Shown here: positions 9,001-15,332 of the stretch, one piece after another
Numbering within the stretch: the first letter of the stretch is position 1
How the letters are laid out: each line of letters opens with the position of its first letter
DNA from: an uncultured Tepidisphaeraceae bacterium
GTDB taxonomy: Bacteria; Planctomycetota; Phycisphaerae; Tepidisphaerales; Tepidisphaeraceae
DNA: 39,946 nucleotides
Reading direction: 5' to 3'
Assembly (NCBI GenBank): GCA_964499005.1
Contig: CAZCKE010000001.1
Span: forward strand, 1 to 39,946
Position numbers and translations under genes: made by a program
Notes under the pieces: model-generated
What the model saw: the letters and a program-made list of their open reading frames with translations, nothing else
The model's database searches: none
Told to the model about the DNA's origin: nothing

Positions 9001-11241
9001 GTTCCTGTTTCAGGCAAGCTGGTCTTCTCCAGCGCTCCGGTCTGGGCGAGCTCGCCGGAGGATGCGATGCGGCGGGCGCTGGTGGCCGATCAAAGCTCCA
9101 TCGTCCTTCCCTCGGGGGACGGCATGGCCCCGTCGATCAACATCCCCTGGCTCGACCCGCGCTATCTGCGGCTGGAGTTCCTGTCGTTCATCGGCAATCC
9201 CGAAGGGGAATCGGGCGTGGACGCTTCCGGCGAATCCGATCTGGACGGGGCGACGGGGCATTTCCGAACGTACATTTCCTACAACAACGACTACTACAAC
9301 TGGACCATCCACCCCTGTCCGAACATCGACATTTACGAGTATTATGAGGGGACGCATCAGGAGAACGGCGTGTGGGTGCCCGACCCGTATACGCCGGCGC
9401 AGCTCGATAGCTTTACGGCGACGGATGGGAATAATTCGGGGAACAGCGTGACGGCAAGTGATGCGAATCCAGTCACGCTATATATTCCAGTAAATTATGG
9501 AGGTCGAGTATCTATTAACCTGTCTGATCAAGCAATTGCTGCATCAGATGGCGATCTCGATGATGTCTTGTGGGATGCTCGTGGAAGCAATAACGCCGTA
9601 ATTTCGTCAGGTACTTTCTCCTCTGGTCCGACAATTACACTCGATGCACCCAGCGAGGGTGACACTATCACGATTGAGGCCGGCGTCGATAGAAGCGGAA
9701 ACGATAAATTGGAAGGAACTGAAGTCACCCGAACAATCAAGGTAGTCTTTCAAAAGTTGATTCTTGCCTGGAATACTTCCGAACAAGAGAATAGCCAATT
9801 ACACGGTTTCGCTCTCGATATTGGGGGCATAACCTCTACACCGAATGAAGTATTCGACCCAACTTTAGCACTCGGTAACCAATCATTGACGATCGACTGG
9901 GGCGATGGATCGCCGGTTGACGATGGTACTGCGCCGCACTTTTTTGATGATGAAGGAGAATATCAAGTACACATTTCAGGTACGGACCCAACCGGTCGTC
10001 AATTCGTCACGTCTTTTTCAATCGATGTCGCTGATCCTGCCGAGCCTGCTGATCCGGTTGAACAGGCATCGCTCGAAAGCGGAGCACTGAGTTGGGATTC
10101 TATAAATGGGGCTGTCCGTTACGACATCTATCAAGGTGCTGATTCAAGCATTGGAGACATGACTTATGTAACCTCCGTTACTTCACCTGGGTATTCAATT
10201 CCAGACAATGGCGGCAATGGAGTCTTCTATTCCATCGTTGCTATCATGCCCGATAACACACAGCAACCTGCTGGTGACATTTTCGCGTCACCTCCGAGCA
10301 CCGCTCCGTCAAATATTGGACCAGCACCGTCGGTGCCGCCGCCATTATTTACTTATGTCGGGGTGGCAACATCAGCACAAAACGGCGCCGCAATCGCAGC
10401 TTTAAAACTACGATATGCAGCAGATCCATCAAACATCAATAATCTGCTAGTGGGAATACATGATGTGACGATTACCGATATCGGAGCTATAGTCGATTTT
10501 AATGGATCCTTTTCTTCCATTGGCAACATAAAAAAGGATGCCGCTGGAAATTATGTTCGCGAGGGAGGTTATGCAACAGCGAGAGCTTGGATGATTAGCA
10601 TGGCAGGTCACCAGCGCACGAACATACAAGATCTGGGAAACGGGACACTTACCGCTAATCTCCAAGATGGTACCAACGTCAAATTGTCTAAAGATGGGGA
10701 TTGGGGAGACGTCCTTATTACCACTTCTGCAGGAGTAGTTACTCCCGTGACATTTGAGAATCCGGTGCGAGAGACAGATTTTAGATTTGCAGGACCAGGT
10801 CAAGGAGCTCAAGGGAATATTGATGTGACGGACTTCATCAATAGTGTATTGATAGAAGAAAAAGATGCAACGGGTTTATTGAACCCATGGAATCTTAAGA
10901 ACCCGGCTGCGCCTGATCCAAAAGTTGCAGATAAGAAGAAAACGGAATTGGCATGGGCGCAAGAAAAGATTTTTAACGATACAAAAGCGCGTCTGTTAAA
11001 ATTGCAGCGAGCCGGGCAGGTCACCTATGCAGAACCTGGGAAATACGTCGGTCCGGTGACACCCCCAACTATTGATAAATACCAAGCTATAACAAAAGTG
11101 GTAATCCGATTTGTCGGTAATCCAGCCACATATGCTAATTGGTCATTTATTATTATAGCCGGCAACCAAGTTGAAGCACTGAATAATGATCCACAGCTAA
11201 AAGCGTACGGATATACGTTCTCAATCCAATGGCCATTTTAG
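1..11241 (+). CDS. Giant secreted/surface repeat protein (5' partial, more than 3,740 aa visible): FN3 array, PKD/Ig-like domains and a variable C-terminal module
   Basis: Frame 1 has no stop from nt 1 up to the TTG at 55 used by the ORF track, so the gene is cut by the window edge. The translation shows about 22-24 FN3-type modules with recurring Y-x-[YF]-R-[VI]-x-A signatures (YYFRIRA, YTYRVQA, YFFRVIA, YYYRIRA, YEYRITA). PKD-type modules carry SNDPDGDSISSW...WGDG motifs. Stop is TAG at 11239-11241. Confidence 0.95.
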   Translation, partial: GSYQVQVSIQDFNGQTSPLSTVALVNYTGATAPTAPTNFAVSAGQTNTTFSWSGGSGTNFSGFMVYGITSSNTVVTLGTTGSSTRSLTIANSSMPSTVVQAFVVAETSTFPVAYSQYSNIAAVRVNSLSVPAAPANLAATLALSSGHAVANLIWDNTSDAELGYYVQRQLHSNPGSWATIATLAADQDSYADTIPDVSKIYDYQIIAFNNKGNSSASNTVTVSCLPTVTLGSIPSATEGSGMTLTSTTSPAISGDSLSYAWSIFDQNGNPYTPSGVALNQSSLTFTPIDSGNWSVSLKATDSTISSGSQIASTTINSGNIPVAVLPPTVTISGSSSYSAGPGGYRLNVSAVYPSNDPDGDSISSWTVNWGDGVPGNPDIVTYTNIVDHIYHPYTTPNPNVTITASATDDDGTYAANLISLTVTPSVSDLSATADTHGAINVRWVYFWPGGHFDIQRSTDGATFTTISSMSADSSTNELLYTDTSGQANTHYYYRIHGTDSAGYNFYTNIASATTAAPGTYGAAPLDTIVVPVDGSSVVSNVTLLAGVHYLLQASGAFFLGGDIGRADAEYSYSPYNNTVIADDANVNYGVDINDTSNDLNKSTWWGPYNTSHVYTIDFIGTGQQLSFNLHDDNYSDNVQDNNPSPLEVQIFAEYPAAPSNLTAQYSVASQQVNLSWTDNAATETGFRIERSTDGQNFSLLQTLNSPSSGIGGTVTAADATAVLGQKYWYRVFAIGPSGFDPNAPSNVAVLSLAGPTVTLGSVPSAAEGSSMTLTSTATAANSSDTLAYAWSIFDAGTLYTPSGVALNQSSLTFTPNDPGNWWATLAVTETQTGATTTASTGTFAVANLPPTVSISGASTVAQSVAYTLSLSAVYPSNDPDGDSISSWQIDWGDGTSSNPDVQTVSGNPSSVTHVYQVQPASGVITATATDDDGTYAANPLHIQVTAPPAVTIVGAPSTSPEGTAITLTGTTSNFPTAPSFLWSVTKDGQAYTSGLGPTNQGSFTFTPNDDGVYVVTLVGTAGSVQASNSQTINVTMVAPTASIIGLTQTITEGNTVYLAAQASDPSSVDAATLQYAWTVTANGNAFASGTAQSFSFTPTDGSVYDVSLTVTDPDGQSTTVTGSTQPIPKAPMTLIAETVASDTINLRWQDESHIEDYYKIEASSDNGNTYAQLGTASVDITHFLATGLNPGTRYLFRVTGIRNGQGTNIATAIASTDPAALTGLTATAVANSDSQIHLTWNAPSGSINPNIEAIQVEYRSNEDFNYTQLQPFSPTTTSTTLTNLDPNTVYYFRIRAWTTPGAYHGPDYLGNNDSVNLSPYSALATATTNNVLPTAPTNVTASATGLPGQIHVTWSGDSTYADGFNVRVSTDGGQSFDPPVVTPGPTTSMVDLNWWDPRQSYVVEVSAFNKVGESTSTVSGSVTPTAMGAVGSLQASPVSNHQIQLSWAYTPAPSSNSYFPTFIIQASVEGGPFATIWTTNGTSYNDINLTAGTSYTYRVQAQYNGGFSDYSASATAITTNALPLDLSNPSLSDTLSFGVLSFGYTAPTDLNRDGINVEISTDGVNYAPATLPVSFFGAPNSIVGLEPGTTYYVRAYAYNSVGRSDYLYFNPVATHAVTSPTMISASTPTASIGYPQANSNTQLALQWNYSPTPGTSEPQSFEIQQLAQGDSDYHDAGTLQNFNPSNNIVTTLIKNLTPGVSYQYRVRAVYADYYKTNWSDASAPVSTTALLPSMPSNLSATPSGSTQAIFNWNSSSLVTDAFSVQISSDGTNFTDAGTTLFVPNASTFGIPVQGLAPSTTYFLRVQAFNSVGVSGWTDAVSVTTGPASSGNAPIVPVAPSATTLDSAIAVNPGEIDLQWTSVDRATAYLAEISSDDTTFTPIGQTSGTSYAARGLTISTHYFFRVIASNAGGDAPPSNVLDATTPPYAAPANLTATPVSQTQISLAWTETNTDESGFRVEESTDGLTYAPVNQVSHPPTTTPSDMRAYLVQGLNPGQLYYFRVRTVGPGNAYVSDVSNVASAAPFAVAQAAQPTGLTVTVLSNSEIRVRWNDNANNEDHYSVVLYWNGGLDIPNETDGSEENTIYDMREVASDVNDVVIDDLQGDTLYEARVHATNYAGASVVSDMVEVQTLPDPPTGLAAVATSPTTVHVSWNQVLSSSGYHLQRSLDGQNWTSVGPATITDTSYDDTNVGANYLYRISTTMPDGDSPFSAAAAISEPSITDFSANNVTTSEIDLAWTPLSSASSYEIERSTGNNFMWTLLATVDGSASSYADTNLITGTSYYYRIRARNAIASSAYTNISAITMLPTPINLAGSVSATSASLSWISSESAVTYLIQQQINGIWQTVSSVFNTNQATFGGSFAPSTVYNFRVSARSGGASSDFSDSLAVTSPDFAPTPSGFTASNPSFTSIDLSWAASAGAQDQFILERSSNGGAFSTIAVLDGSTSAFTDSGLADGTSYTYRLSASNSAGRSGFTVLSATTALDVPIHFAASSVTSSAITLTWQAANANAAYNLFQSTDDITWQPLSQQSQFARSFVVTGAYPPGTPYYFRIQASLSGMLSATVDLSGTTPAYPQKPAGISLTNVGMTGVSISWTPGSSDATQFQVQRGIFANFWQTLATVDGSVTSYFDNSVAHNTSYSYRIIAVNAFGQSIPGNSASIVTPLVAPAALAVTSVSGHETDLSWALPSEALSGLDIYRSTSASSLGTVIASIGTTDTTYSDSGPFNSNATYYYTVVAKSGSVSAASASVAVTTGNFPQTPTNVTLVNGNSEYRLNLAWSAVAGASSYTIYRRTVSTQWTFINTVDGSVQSPGYSDSGLDPGRAYEYRITASNAAGESGYSTVAALATSLIDPASPDGLTITADPNDGTVLNLTWTNHAGDQSGFEVQSAEWGATNFAMNDIYSSSVTIGPSATSYQATGLVSGQTYFFRVRAIRPDGPSDWSNEAYGITADPQQFGGQYAAAPGIVGGAPLPGPSGFLHQYVVTVNGNDVYNFVPTADVPVSGKLVFSSAPVWASSPEDAMRRALVADQSSIVLPSGDGMAPSINIPWLDPRYLRLEFLSFIGNPEGESGVDASGESDLDGATGHFRTYISYNNDYYNWTIHPCPNIDIYEYYEGTHQENGVWVPDPYTPAQLDSFTATDGNNSGNSVTASDANPVTLYIPVNYGGRVSINLSDQAIAASDGDLDDVLWDARGSNNAVISSGTFSSGPTITLDAPSEGDTITIEAGVDRSGNDKLEGTEVTRTIKVVFQKLILAWNTSEQENSQLHGFALDIGGITSTPNEVFDPTLALGNQSLTIDWGDGSPVDDGTAPHFFDDEGEYQVHISGTDPTGRQFVTSFSIDVADPAEPADPVEQASLESGALSWDSINGAVRYDIYQGADSSIGDMTYVTSVTSPGYSIPDNGGNGVFYSIVAIMPDNTQQPAGDIFASPPSTAPSNIGPAPSVPPPLFTYVGVATSAQNGAAIAALKLRYAADPSNINNLLVGIHDVTITDIGAIVDFNGSFSSIGNIKKDAAGNYVREGGYATARAWMISMAGHQRTNIQDLGNGTLTANLQDGTNVKLSKDGDWGDVLITTSAGVVTPVTFENPVRETDFRFAGPGQGAQGNIDVTDFINSVLIEEKDATGLLNPWNLKNPAAPDPKVADKKKTELAWAQEKIFNDTKARLLKLQRAGQVTYAEPGKYVGPVTPPTIDKYQAITKVVIRFVGNPATYANWSFIIIAGNQVEALNNDPQLKAYGYTFSIQWPF
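670..1269 (+). repeat. Internal segmental duplication, copy A (pair of PKD/Ig-like domains)
   Basis: Encodes LPTVTLGSIPSATEGSGMTLTS...YAWSIFD...ALNQSSLTFTP...PPTVTISG...VYPSNDPDGDSISSWTVNWGDG...ATDDDGTYAAN, collinear with copy B. Shared nucleotide runs include gcctggtcgatcttcgat and gacagcatcagctcatgg. Confidence 0.85.
2260..2832 (+). repeat. Internal segmental duplication, copy B (pair of PKD/Ig-like domains)
   Basis: Encodes GPTVTLGSVPSAAEGSSMTLTS...YAWSIFD...ALNQSSLTFTP...PPTVSISG...VYPSNDPDGDSISSWQIDWGDG...ATDDDGTYAAN, collinear with 670-1269. Confidence 0.85.
3370..8840 (+). repeat. Uninterrupted array of about 20 diverged FN3-type modules (protein-level repeats of roughly 90-100 aa) inside the giant CDS
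   Basis: Each unit has an 'L(T/S)A...(I/L)xLxW' start and a 'Y(Y/F)(F/Y)R(V/I)xAxN..G.S..S' end. Units are diverged at nucleotide level, so this is not a simple tandem DNA repeat. Confidence 0.8.
8950..9047 (+). repeat. Junction segment of the giant gene that recurs at 15333-15430
   Basis: gtcgtcaccgtcaacggcaacgacgtctat...ccggtctgggcg (VVTVNGNDVYNFVPTADVPVSGKLVFSSAPVWA) aligns without gaps to 15333-15430. About four fifths of the bases look identical by eye. Confidence 0.85.
9406..9750 (+). repeat. Conserved roughly 115-aa Ig-like 'pre-tip' module of the giant gene (AT-rich version), homologous to 12183-12518
   Basis: DSFTATDGNNSGNSVTAS...[17 protein letters not shown]...SSGTFSSGPTITL...EAGVDRSGNDKLEGTEVTRTI aligns with the start of the 12117 ORF. 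About half the residues are identical by eye, including long identical runs. Synonymous positions differ strongly (A/T here, G/C there). Confidence 0.85.
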
Positions 11242-11260
11242 ATTTATAAATTTTCTTATT

Positions 11261-11575
11261 ATGTCAATAAGTTTAACCATAAGTTGGGCGGACGGGCGCT
11301 TTGAGCAAATTCCGGTGGCTGGACAGCTATCTGCCAGTACAAGCTGGCGAGACCTTGGACTAGAATTGGGATTAAAATGGTTGCCACTTTTTCACGCTTG
11401 GATACCAGTGGAACCGGAAAATCTGGACGCACTAATCAGCGAGGTAGAAAGATTTCGTGACGCTGCTTCAAAGCGAGGCGACAAATGGAAGTCTATTACA
11501 GAAAGCGCGGATCGACTTACCACAGCATTGCGTGATTTGAAAGATAAAAGCGGCTGGGAAGCATCAATTGGTTGA
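11261..11575 (+). CDS. Small soluble hypothetical protein (104 aa); candidate cognate immunity/antidote for the giant protein's C-terminal tip
   Basis: ATG lies 19 nt after the giant gene's stop on the same strand. It shares the AT-rich composition of the giant gene's tip. No hydrophobic segment and no recognisable motif. Position is the only functional evidence. Confidence 0.6.
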   Translation: MSISLTISWADGRFEQIPVAGQLSASTSWRDLGLELGLKWLPLFHAWIPVEPENLDALISEVERFRDAASKRGDKWKSITESADRLTTALRDLKDKSGWEASIG

Positions 11576-11643
11576 TCACAGTTTATTGGGCCGTGATGCT
11601 TATCGATGTGAAGCGAGTGTGTTGATAAATCTCTTAAAACCCC

Positions 11644-12108
11644 ATGATTACGACCAAGTTACGTAATATCGCGCGATCCTTGGTGAATTTGAGCTTTGGC
11701 ACACTTAGCGCCATATCGCTGTGCATAGTGATAGTGTTGGTTGTTATTCGTCTTAGTGGACGAACATGGACTTACTCGATGCCTCTAGCAACAACTCCGC
11801 AGGCATATCACCTTAACTCGTCCGTAGATGTCGAAGTCAATTATTCTGGCGGTATAGCCATCGAGCAAGATTACCTACCCCACATATTTGGCAGAAGGAT
11901 CCCATATTTCGCGGCTATCGTTTTCACAACAATTGTCCCGATTCTTTACGCGATTTTTTACTGGTATCGCGCGCGCGAGAGAAGATATCGCCTTGCAAGT
12001 AAAGTTTGCGCCATTTGCGGCTACGACCTCCGCGCTACCCCAGACCGCTGTCCGGAATGCGGCGCCATTCCCAAAAGCTCCATCAAGCCATCTCTGCCCA
12101 TGTTTTGA
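11644..12108 (+). CDS. Two-pass membrane protein with C-terminal CxxC...CxxC zinc ribbon ([19 protein letters not shown])
   Basis: Two hydrophobic spans (about aa 14-36 and 86-108) flank a roughly 50-aa loop. A basic stretch (RARERRYR) and a 4-Cys ribbon follow. It has the same architecture as 14693-15328 and a nearly identical C-terminal 30 aa. Confidence 0.75.
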   Translation: MITTKLRNIARSLVNLSFGTLSAISLCIVIVLVVIRLSGRTWTYSMPLATTPQAYHLNSSVDVEVNYSGGIAIEQDYLPHIFGRRIPYFAAIVFTTIVPILYAIFYWYRARERRYRLASKVCAICGYDLRATPDRCPECGAIPKSSIKPSLPMF

Positions 12109-12116
12109 TTGGCGGT

Positions 12117-14696
12117 ATGGTAAAAAATCTCATCCGCGCATTGCGGCCAATCCTGAGCGTCGATCTGACGGCGCCAGAGACGGATAGCTTGACGGGAACA
12201 GATAGCACCAATTCAAATAATAGCGTGACGGCGGAAGGAACGCAGGAGCTGTACGTGCTGGTGAATGCCAATGGGAACGCGACGGTGAAGTTCTCGGACA
12301 GTGCGATCGCGGCTTCGGACGGGGACACCGATGACGTGCTGTGGCGCGTATTGCAGGGCAATACGACCATCGGCTCGGGGACGTTCTCCAGCGGGGCGAC
12401 TATCACGCTCAATCCGGCAACCCAGGGAACGGAGTTCATCGCCGAGGCGGGCGTGGACATGTCGGGCAATGACAAGCTGGAAGAGCCGGAGGTGACCGAG
12501 ACGATTCGGATTCACCTCACGCATTTCGGCGGCATCACCGCATTTCGTACCGATGGGAAATTTGGTCAGGCTGTCACACGAGCTATTCAACAGACCAATG
12601 ATCCGACGAAATACGTCGTACTTGTCAACGACAACTTTGACCAAACGCTTGATCAGAGCCAAGCGGACAACGCGTTACCTACAGCACCGATTCAAAATGA
12701 TCAGATGCAACTCGATCAAAACGGTAATCCGCTCGATCCTGACTTTGGACACATTACGCTGCACCAGCTCCCGCAGGGGTTCATTGGCGGAACAGTAACT
12801 TTGCTACTATCCGACCCAAGTGCGGTAAAGCTCTTTGATAAAAATGGCCAGGCGCTCACCTCCGGCGATCTGACCCTCAATCTGTCAAATCCCAGCGGCT
12901 ATCTTGCTGGCCTGTTGTCAGGCGACGTAGATATCTGGTTTGAGGGGATGCACACGAGTCCAGATTTCAGTTTCACGATTTCCTATAATGAGCCTGCGGT
13001 AAGCCAATATTCCCAAGATGTGGTGCATCTGCTCATCGCCGACTGGCAGTTCGTCGGCTCCGATGGCAATCGGCTCACCAACGATGTCTCTACAGTTTCC
13101 GAGGAAACGTTGACGGATGAAGCTAACGGCAATCTGGATTCACCGACTATTCCTAACGAAGACAAGTTCAAAGTTCTTTTAGACGGCTTGCCCAGCACCG
13201 CACTCCAATCGCTTCAATTCAACTCAATATCGGGCCCAACGGACAGCTTCCTAGACACATTTTCGGGGACTTCATCCTCAACCTCATCGAATAATTTCAC
13301 GGTGATGTATGGTGTTCCCGATGGTTTAAGTCAGTTTTCGACGAGCCAGCGGAGCTCCATTTTAAGTGCCCTCGGAGTTAACGCCATTGCCGCGAATACA
13401 GTTCGAGTAATCGCGCAATTGGCGAATGATGTTTTACAACAGGAGATCAAAGCTGACCCCATGCGCGTAACATTTGTCAGCGGAGAAGATCCAACGGATG
13501 GGACTATTGAAACAAGGAGATCAATTGACAATAACGAGCCCTTTTACATGAAGGGCTATATGCTGGAACTGGAAGTCAACAATAAAGTCGGCACTCAGGT
13601 CCAATGGTCATTTCAGAAGATAGGGCATGGCAACCAGGATTTCGGGGCTTTTTATGACGGCCATGATTGGGTGGATTATGCGGATAACCACAAATTGAAC
13701 GCCAAACCGACGGATGGCCTCGTAAATTGGCGATCTGACTTTGATGCTAACGGCGATATCAATGATGAATATTCCATTACGGCCAAATACACCAAGCCGG
13801 ATGGCACGCCGGGATTCTCGACTCTTCATTTAAAGAGCCGGCTTCTGGACCCAAATGACCCCAACGCCAGTGCGAAATACCACACCGACGCGGATATGGC
13901 GCAGAGAGCGCTCATCCAGGATTTCGGCCTCGACAAAGGGCGATTAAGCTCTTATCGCATCGGACAATATGATAAGGGCTCCCAAAATGGCTGGTACGTG
14001 TCGTCGCGGCAGATGAATGTGCGTCAATGGTCCGCTATCGCAGACGAGGTCTCGAATTTCCGCCATTTCGCGCTCAACAAGGCATTTGATCCGACGCTTC
14101 TTCTGGACACAGTTACGGGCATTTGGAATGAGTTTTCCAAGATTCTTGCCGCACCACTCCCTAATAAAGTGGACCAGAATAACGCACAATTCGGAAATTG
14201 GATCACTCAGGCATTAACGGCCAGCGGACTTACGGCACCAAATGGAGCGTCCGTGACCAGTGAACAAATCTTGCGGGCTTTGATCACGCATGAGAGCGGA
14301 GGAACGCATTCCTATGATTTGCAAGCGCCGCTTGCCGCTAACTACATTCAGGTCGGGACACAAAACAACGGAGCTGGGGCCAATTTGCACCAATTAACTG
14401 ACTGGGGGCTTGGCTTCGCGAAAGTCCAACCATATAACGACAATGGCTTGAATCTGTATGACCCCTATCAAAATATCTTACGTGGAGCACAAATGTTCGC
14501 GGCTGCCCTTGCAAACCAGGGAATAAATGAAGTGGGAGACAATAGGATCTGGATGGCCTATTACTACTATAATTCGGGGCACATCGAAAATGGGTCAATA
14601 GATGGCGCGGGAGGAGCTCGTGCAGTAAATAGATTCGGTGCCGCAGATCACGCCGACGCTTTCTTTAGTGCTTTAGGGCTTCAGCCTCCCCAATGA
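12117..14696 (+). CDS. Orphan C-terminal module of the giant-protein family (about 859 aa): conserved Ig-like pre-tip module, unknown middle, lytic-transglycosylase (SLT/lysozyme-like) C-terminus
   Basis: The ORF-track start at 12006 overlaps the preceding gene. The first in-frame ATG after that gene's stop is 12117. The N-terminus has no signal peptide and aligns to aa about 3118-3232 of the giant protein. The C-terminus carries SLT-type motifs in order: LITHESGG (catalytic E-S), [33 protein letters not shown]. The stop overlaps the next start (caATGAac). Confidence 0.8.
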   Translation: MVKNLIRALRPILSVDLTAPETDSLTGTDSTNSNNSVTAEGTQELYVLVNANGNATVKFSDSAIAASDGDTDDVLWRVLQGNTTIGSGTFSSGATITLNPATQGTEFIAEAGVDMSGNDKLEEPEVTETIRIHLTHFGGITAFRTDGKFGQAVTRAIQQTNDPTKYVVLVNDNFDQTLDQSQADNALPTAPIQNDQMQLDQNGNPLDPDFGHITLHQLPQGFIGGTVTLLLSDPSAVKLFDKNGQALTSGDLTLNLSNPSGYLAGLLSGDVDIWFEGMHTSPDFSFTISYNEPAVSQYSQDVVHLLIADWQFVGSDGNRLTNDVSTVSEETLTDEANGNLDSPTIPNEDKFKVLLDGLPSTALQSLQFNSISGPTDSFLDTFSGTSSSTSSNNFTVMYGVPDGLSQFSTSQRSSILSALGVNAIAANTVRVIAQLANDVLQQEIKADPMRVTFVSGEDPTDGTIETRRSIDNNEPFYMKGYMLELEVNNKVGTQVQWSFQKIGHGNQDFGAFYDGHDWVDYADNHKLNAKPTDGLVNWRSDFDANGDINDEYSITAKYTKPDGTPGFSTLHLKSRLLDPNDPNASAKYHTDADMAQRALIQDFGLDKGRLSSYRIGQYDKGSQNGWYVSSRQMNVRQWSAIADEVSNFRHFALNKAFDPTLLLDTVTGIWNEFSKILAAPLPNKVDQNNAQFGNWITQALTASGLTAPNGASVTSEQILRALITHESGGTHSYDLQAPLAANYIQVGTQNNGAGANLHQLTDWGLGFAKVQPYNDNGLNLYDPYQNILRGAQMFAAALANQGINEVGDNRIWMAYYYYNSGHIENGSIDGAGGARAVNRFGAADHADAFFSALGLQPPQ
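12183..12518 (+). repeat. Conserved Ig-like pre-tip module, GC-rich copy (homolog of 9406-9750)
   Basis: [18 protein letters not shown]...[17 protein letters not shown]...[13 protein letters not shown]...[21 protein letters not shown]. Similarity to the giant protein stops right after this block. Confidence 0.85.
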
Positions 14697-15328
14697 ACGT
14701 ACCAACGAACCAAAAATGGAAACGACGATTTACGCGAACGGCACTTATTCTCGATATAGTTCTCTTGCTTTCTGCCGTTACAGCTTGGACGATTAGCAAT
14801 TTTTTCGCCTTCGGTATAATACAGCGAGAGTACGAAATATCTGTTGCTAAAAATTCTCTATTCGATGACGATGGCAATGAATTCGTTTCTCGCTATCGCG
14901 GCTTGGATGTCTCCATGGGGGTCATCATATACTTTGTTTACATTGATCGACTGTCATTAACGCACGTTCCGAGCGACACCAAGCTGCAGGTTTCCGGAAC
15001 CCATTTCGTGCTTGATAAAAGACGCAATTCGCCAAGCCTACTCAGAAAAGGCATTTTGGGGATCGAAGTACGTAATGAACCACCGCATCAAGCAGGACAG
15101 CTCGGCAGTATCGGCTCCTCATTATTGATTTGCGTGCCGTTGTGGTTTTTCTGCATTCTTTTTAGCGTGTGGCCATTACGAATTTTGGTCGGGTTCGTGC
15201 GTCGCCGCGACTACGCCGCCATTCGCTGCGAGACTTGCGGTTACGACCTGCGCGCCACTCCTGATCGTTGTCCGGAGTGCGGCGCTGTTCCCGAACATCC
15301 AATCAAACCCTCATCGTCGATAACTTGA
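14693..15328 (+). CDS. Two-pass membrane protein with C-terminal zinc ribbon ([19 protein letters not shown]); candidate immunity partner of the SLT-like orphan module
   Basis: ATGA start/stop overlap with the upstream module. TM1 is about aa 16-42, followed by a roughly 100-aa loop and TM2 at about aa 141-170, then RRRDY and a 4-Cys ribbon. The C-terminal 30 aa nearly match those of 11644-12108 (DNA 15227-15316 versus 12007-12096). Confidence 0.75.
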   Translation: MNVPTNQKWKRRFTRTALILDIVLLLSAVTAWTISNFFAFGIIQREYEISVAKNSLFDDDGNEFVSRYRGLDVSMGVIIYFVYIDRLSLTHVPSDTKLQVSGTHFVLDKRRNSPSLLRKGILGIEVRNEPPHQAGQLGSIGSSLLICVPLWFFCILFSVWPLRILVGFVRRRDYAAIRCETCGYDLRATPDRCPECGAVPEHPIKPSSSIT

Positions 15329-15332
15329 TTGA

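Noticed and set aside
623-10812. Dozens of 60-260-aa ORFs on both strands inside the giant gene (for example 1307-2017 +, 2656-3276 -, 6415-7068 -, 8170-8943 -, 8771-9451 +)
   Set aside because: All lie within a single 11-kb frame that shows continuous, periodic FN3/PKD domain structure. Their translations are Arg/Gly/Pro/Ala-rich with no domain pattern, which is typical of off-frame ORFs in GC-rich DNA.
12006-12116. Upstream extension of the orphan-module ORF (start 12006, [17 protein letters not shown]...)
   Set aside because: It overlaps, in another frame, the well-supported zinc-ribbon coding end of 11644-12108 and translates to an Arg/Pro-rich stretch. The first ATG after that gene's stop (12117) is the more plausible start.
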